Made by a program: the position numbers and the translations under genes
In this document: piece by piece, positions 62,204-64,000 of the stretch
Position numbering within the stretch: position 1 is the stretch's first letter
Layout: each line of letters starts with the position of its first letter
The notes under the pieces: model-generated
Seen by the model: only the letters and a program-made list of their open reading frames with translations
Databases searched by the model: none
What the model was told of the DNA's origin: nothing
From: Mantamonas sphyraenae STR306
Taxonomy: Eukaryota > Protista > CRuMs
Assembly: GCA_026936335.1 (NCBI GenBank)
Contig: JAPMXV010000044.1
Span: forward strand, 248,001-312,000
DNA: 64,000 bases
Reading direction: 5' to 3'

Positions 62204-64000
62204 TCACTTCTTCCTCCCAGAAGCCTGCATGCGCACACTGCGCGTGGTCAAAGGCGCTTGTGGCTGTGGTGACACCCCACGCCTGTCTTCCTTCTTCTCC
62301 CTCTGTTCCCGCTGTTGCTGCTGGTGCATGGCAAGGCCGCGTTCAATCTCCCCTCCGCTCAAGGCAGGCAGGGAAAACACAGAAGGCGGCTGGCCGTAGC
62401 GCACACTCATCTCGCTGTTGCTTGGGTTCCAATAGTTGCGTGCCTTTGCGTGGAAGCGCACTGCGTTTGGCATGCGGCGAGGAAGAAACACAGCTGGCAG
62501 CATCACCTCTGTCTCTTCCATGCTCACGTGGTTTACGTGACGTACGCCTCCACTGCTTCGTTCCACATGATCCTCGTCCAACTTGACCAACGCCTGTGTG
62601 CGCGTCTGCGCCTCCTTGCGCAGCCGCTCCCGCTTTTGCTCCCACATCCGCGACAGCTCCTTCTTCGACTGCAGCCGCTGCAACGACTCGCCCTCCTCGC
62701 CCTCATCCAGCACAAACGAAGTCAACGCGTCCTTGCGCAGGGTGCCCGTCTTGTTGAACAGCCCCTTGAGCTGTGTGGGCACATCGCCGCCGCTTTCCAG
62801 ACGCTCCATTGCCGTGCGCAACAGTTTTTCCGTGTTCCGCAGCTTCTGATCGTACTTGATCTTCAGCAGCTCCATCTGCTTGCCGTGCACCACACTCATC
62901 TCCAACACCTCCTTCCACGAATAAAACTCTCGCGACGGAATCGTCACAAACTTGGTCTCCGAGAACGGTTTCAGAATCACTGGCGTCATGTGAGGGTAAA
63001 ACTCCGTGTTGAACACCGCCAATCGTCCGTAAAAGTGCGGTTCCGCCGCCACTCCCGACCCTGCCGTTGCCGTGCTCGCCCTGCTTGCCGCTCGGCTTGC
63101 CGCACGTCGTCGTCTTTCCCGTGCGCGTGACCGTGTGTTGCGACCCGCCCCACCACGTCTCTCGTCATCGTAGTCATCGTCATCCAGCATCTCTTCCTCC
63201 AGATTTTCCTCTTCCTCCTCCTCCTCCCCGTCCCCGTGGTACATCTCATCTTCCTCTGCACGCTCTCGTTCACGCCTCCTTCGCCTCCTACGCCTCCTTC
63301 GTCTGCGCCTGGCCTCCTCCTCCTCTTCATCATCATCATCATCATCATTCTCGCGCCCCTGCTCACCTTTGCCCTCTGCTCCCTTTCGCCGCTTCCTGTG
63401 GTGTCGTCCATGGTGATGCCTGCGGTGATGCTTGTGCCTGCGGCGTCGTCCCTCCTCCTCTTCCTCGTCCTCCTGTTCGTCTCCCGCCTCACCGTGCTGC
63501 TCCTCTGCCCCTTGGACGTACTCACGCACGTGTTCCGCCTGCAACTCGGGCATCTGCCCTCGCAACACCGGTTCCGGCGATCGGCCAGAGTCGCGTCGCC
63601 ACACACCACCTCCCACTCCCCCACGCGCATGCTGCTCACGCTCCTCCGCACTGCCCACACTCGATGCATGCCGCAGGCCGTCGAAAAATTCGGGTGTCTC
63701 ACGTCGGATGCCACTTCCAGGCAGCGACTCCACCGATCCACCCGATCCTTGCAGCTGGAGCCGCGATTGGAATCCCACCGTGCTCGATTGGACCACACTC
63801 ACGTTGGACGGTGTCACCGCACGTGCAGGCATGCCACTTGCACCCAGCTGACCACCGCCACCGCCGCCGCTGCTGCCCATGCCACGTCTCTCCACCTTGT
63901 ACTTCAACACCTGGATGTCCAACTGCGCTTGCTTCAGCTGCTTGGCCAGTTCATGCGACTGCACTTCCATCGCTTCACTCTCCTCCCGGCTGCTCTCCGC
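62204..64000 (-). CDS. 3' part of a coiled-coil/low-complexity protein of unknown function (starts beyond the window)
   Basis: Long ORF apparently open to the right edge; coiled coils, R/H/E-rich tracts, C-terminal LPAVFLP..YGQPPSVF. Confidence 0.7.
   Translation of the reverse strand, partial: AESSREESEAMEVQSHELAKQLKQAQLDIQVLKYKVERRGMGSSGGGGGGQLGASGMPARAVTPSNVSVVQSSTVGFQSRLQLQGSGGSVESLPGSGIRRETPEFFDGLRHASSVGSAEEREQHARGGVGGGVWRRDSGRSPEPVLRGQMPELQAEHVREYVQGAEEQHGEAGDEQEDEEEEEGRRRRHKHHRRHHHGRHHRKRRKGAEGKGEQGRENDDDDDDEEEEEARRRRRRRRRRRRRERERAEEDEMYHGDGEEEEEEENLEEEMLDDDDYDDERRGGAGRNTRSRARERRRRAASRAASRASTATAGSGVAAEPHFYGRLAVFNTEFYPHMTPVILKPFSETKFVTIPSREFYSWKEVLEMSVVHGKQMELLKIKYDQKLRNTEKLLRTAMERLESGGDVPTQLKGLFNKTGTLRKDALTSFVLDEGEEGESLQRLQSKKELSRMWEQKRERLRKEAQTRTQALVKLDEDHVERSSGGVRHVNHVSMEETEVMLPAVFLPRRMPNAVRFHAKARNYWNPSNSEMSVRYGQPPSVFSLPALSGGEIERGLAMHQQQQREQREKKEDRRGVSPQPQAPLTTRSVRMQASGRKK

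Overview
Eukaryotic nuclear DNA from a GC-rich, very gene-dense genome, most likely a flagellated phagotrophic protist; the lineage cannot be named from this window. About 35 protein-coding genes are packed with 8-150 bp spacers. They carry short GT-AG spliceosomal introns, often with (CA)n/(GT)n tracts, so many ORF-track entries are single exons or antisense shadows. Recognisable genes: Ariadne RBR ligase, CPSF6, RPL17, NBR1-like, two ML/NPC2 copies (inverted ~0.9 kb duplication), class-3 lipase, mitochondrial carrier, two gamma-carbonic-anhydrase-like genes, rhomboid, MCT-type MFS, glycosyltransferase, MRG15/EAF3, FAM114, G6PD, ankyrin-DHHC, endoglycoceramidase, DPH6, CDK1/2, PP7-like phosphatase, CBS protein and CCDC25. 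The most unusual items are: (1) a ~2100-aa leishmanolysin (M8) protease built like an ADAM-type receptor (7x EGF-IPT, disintegrin, TM, two cytoplasmic SH3) next to a head-to-head lipase/ML pair; (2) a spliced CH + AMPK-beta-type CBM + double-RCC1 protein; (3) tandem bacterial-type gamma-CAs with different C-terminal signals (PTS1 versus NLS-like); (4) a four-member cluster of unassigned CGCC 4-TM proteins; (5) a plant-type PP7. No rRNA, tRNA, CRISPR or transposase was recognised. All exon boundaries and family calls were made by eye, without database searches.
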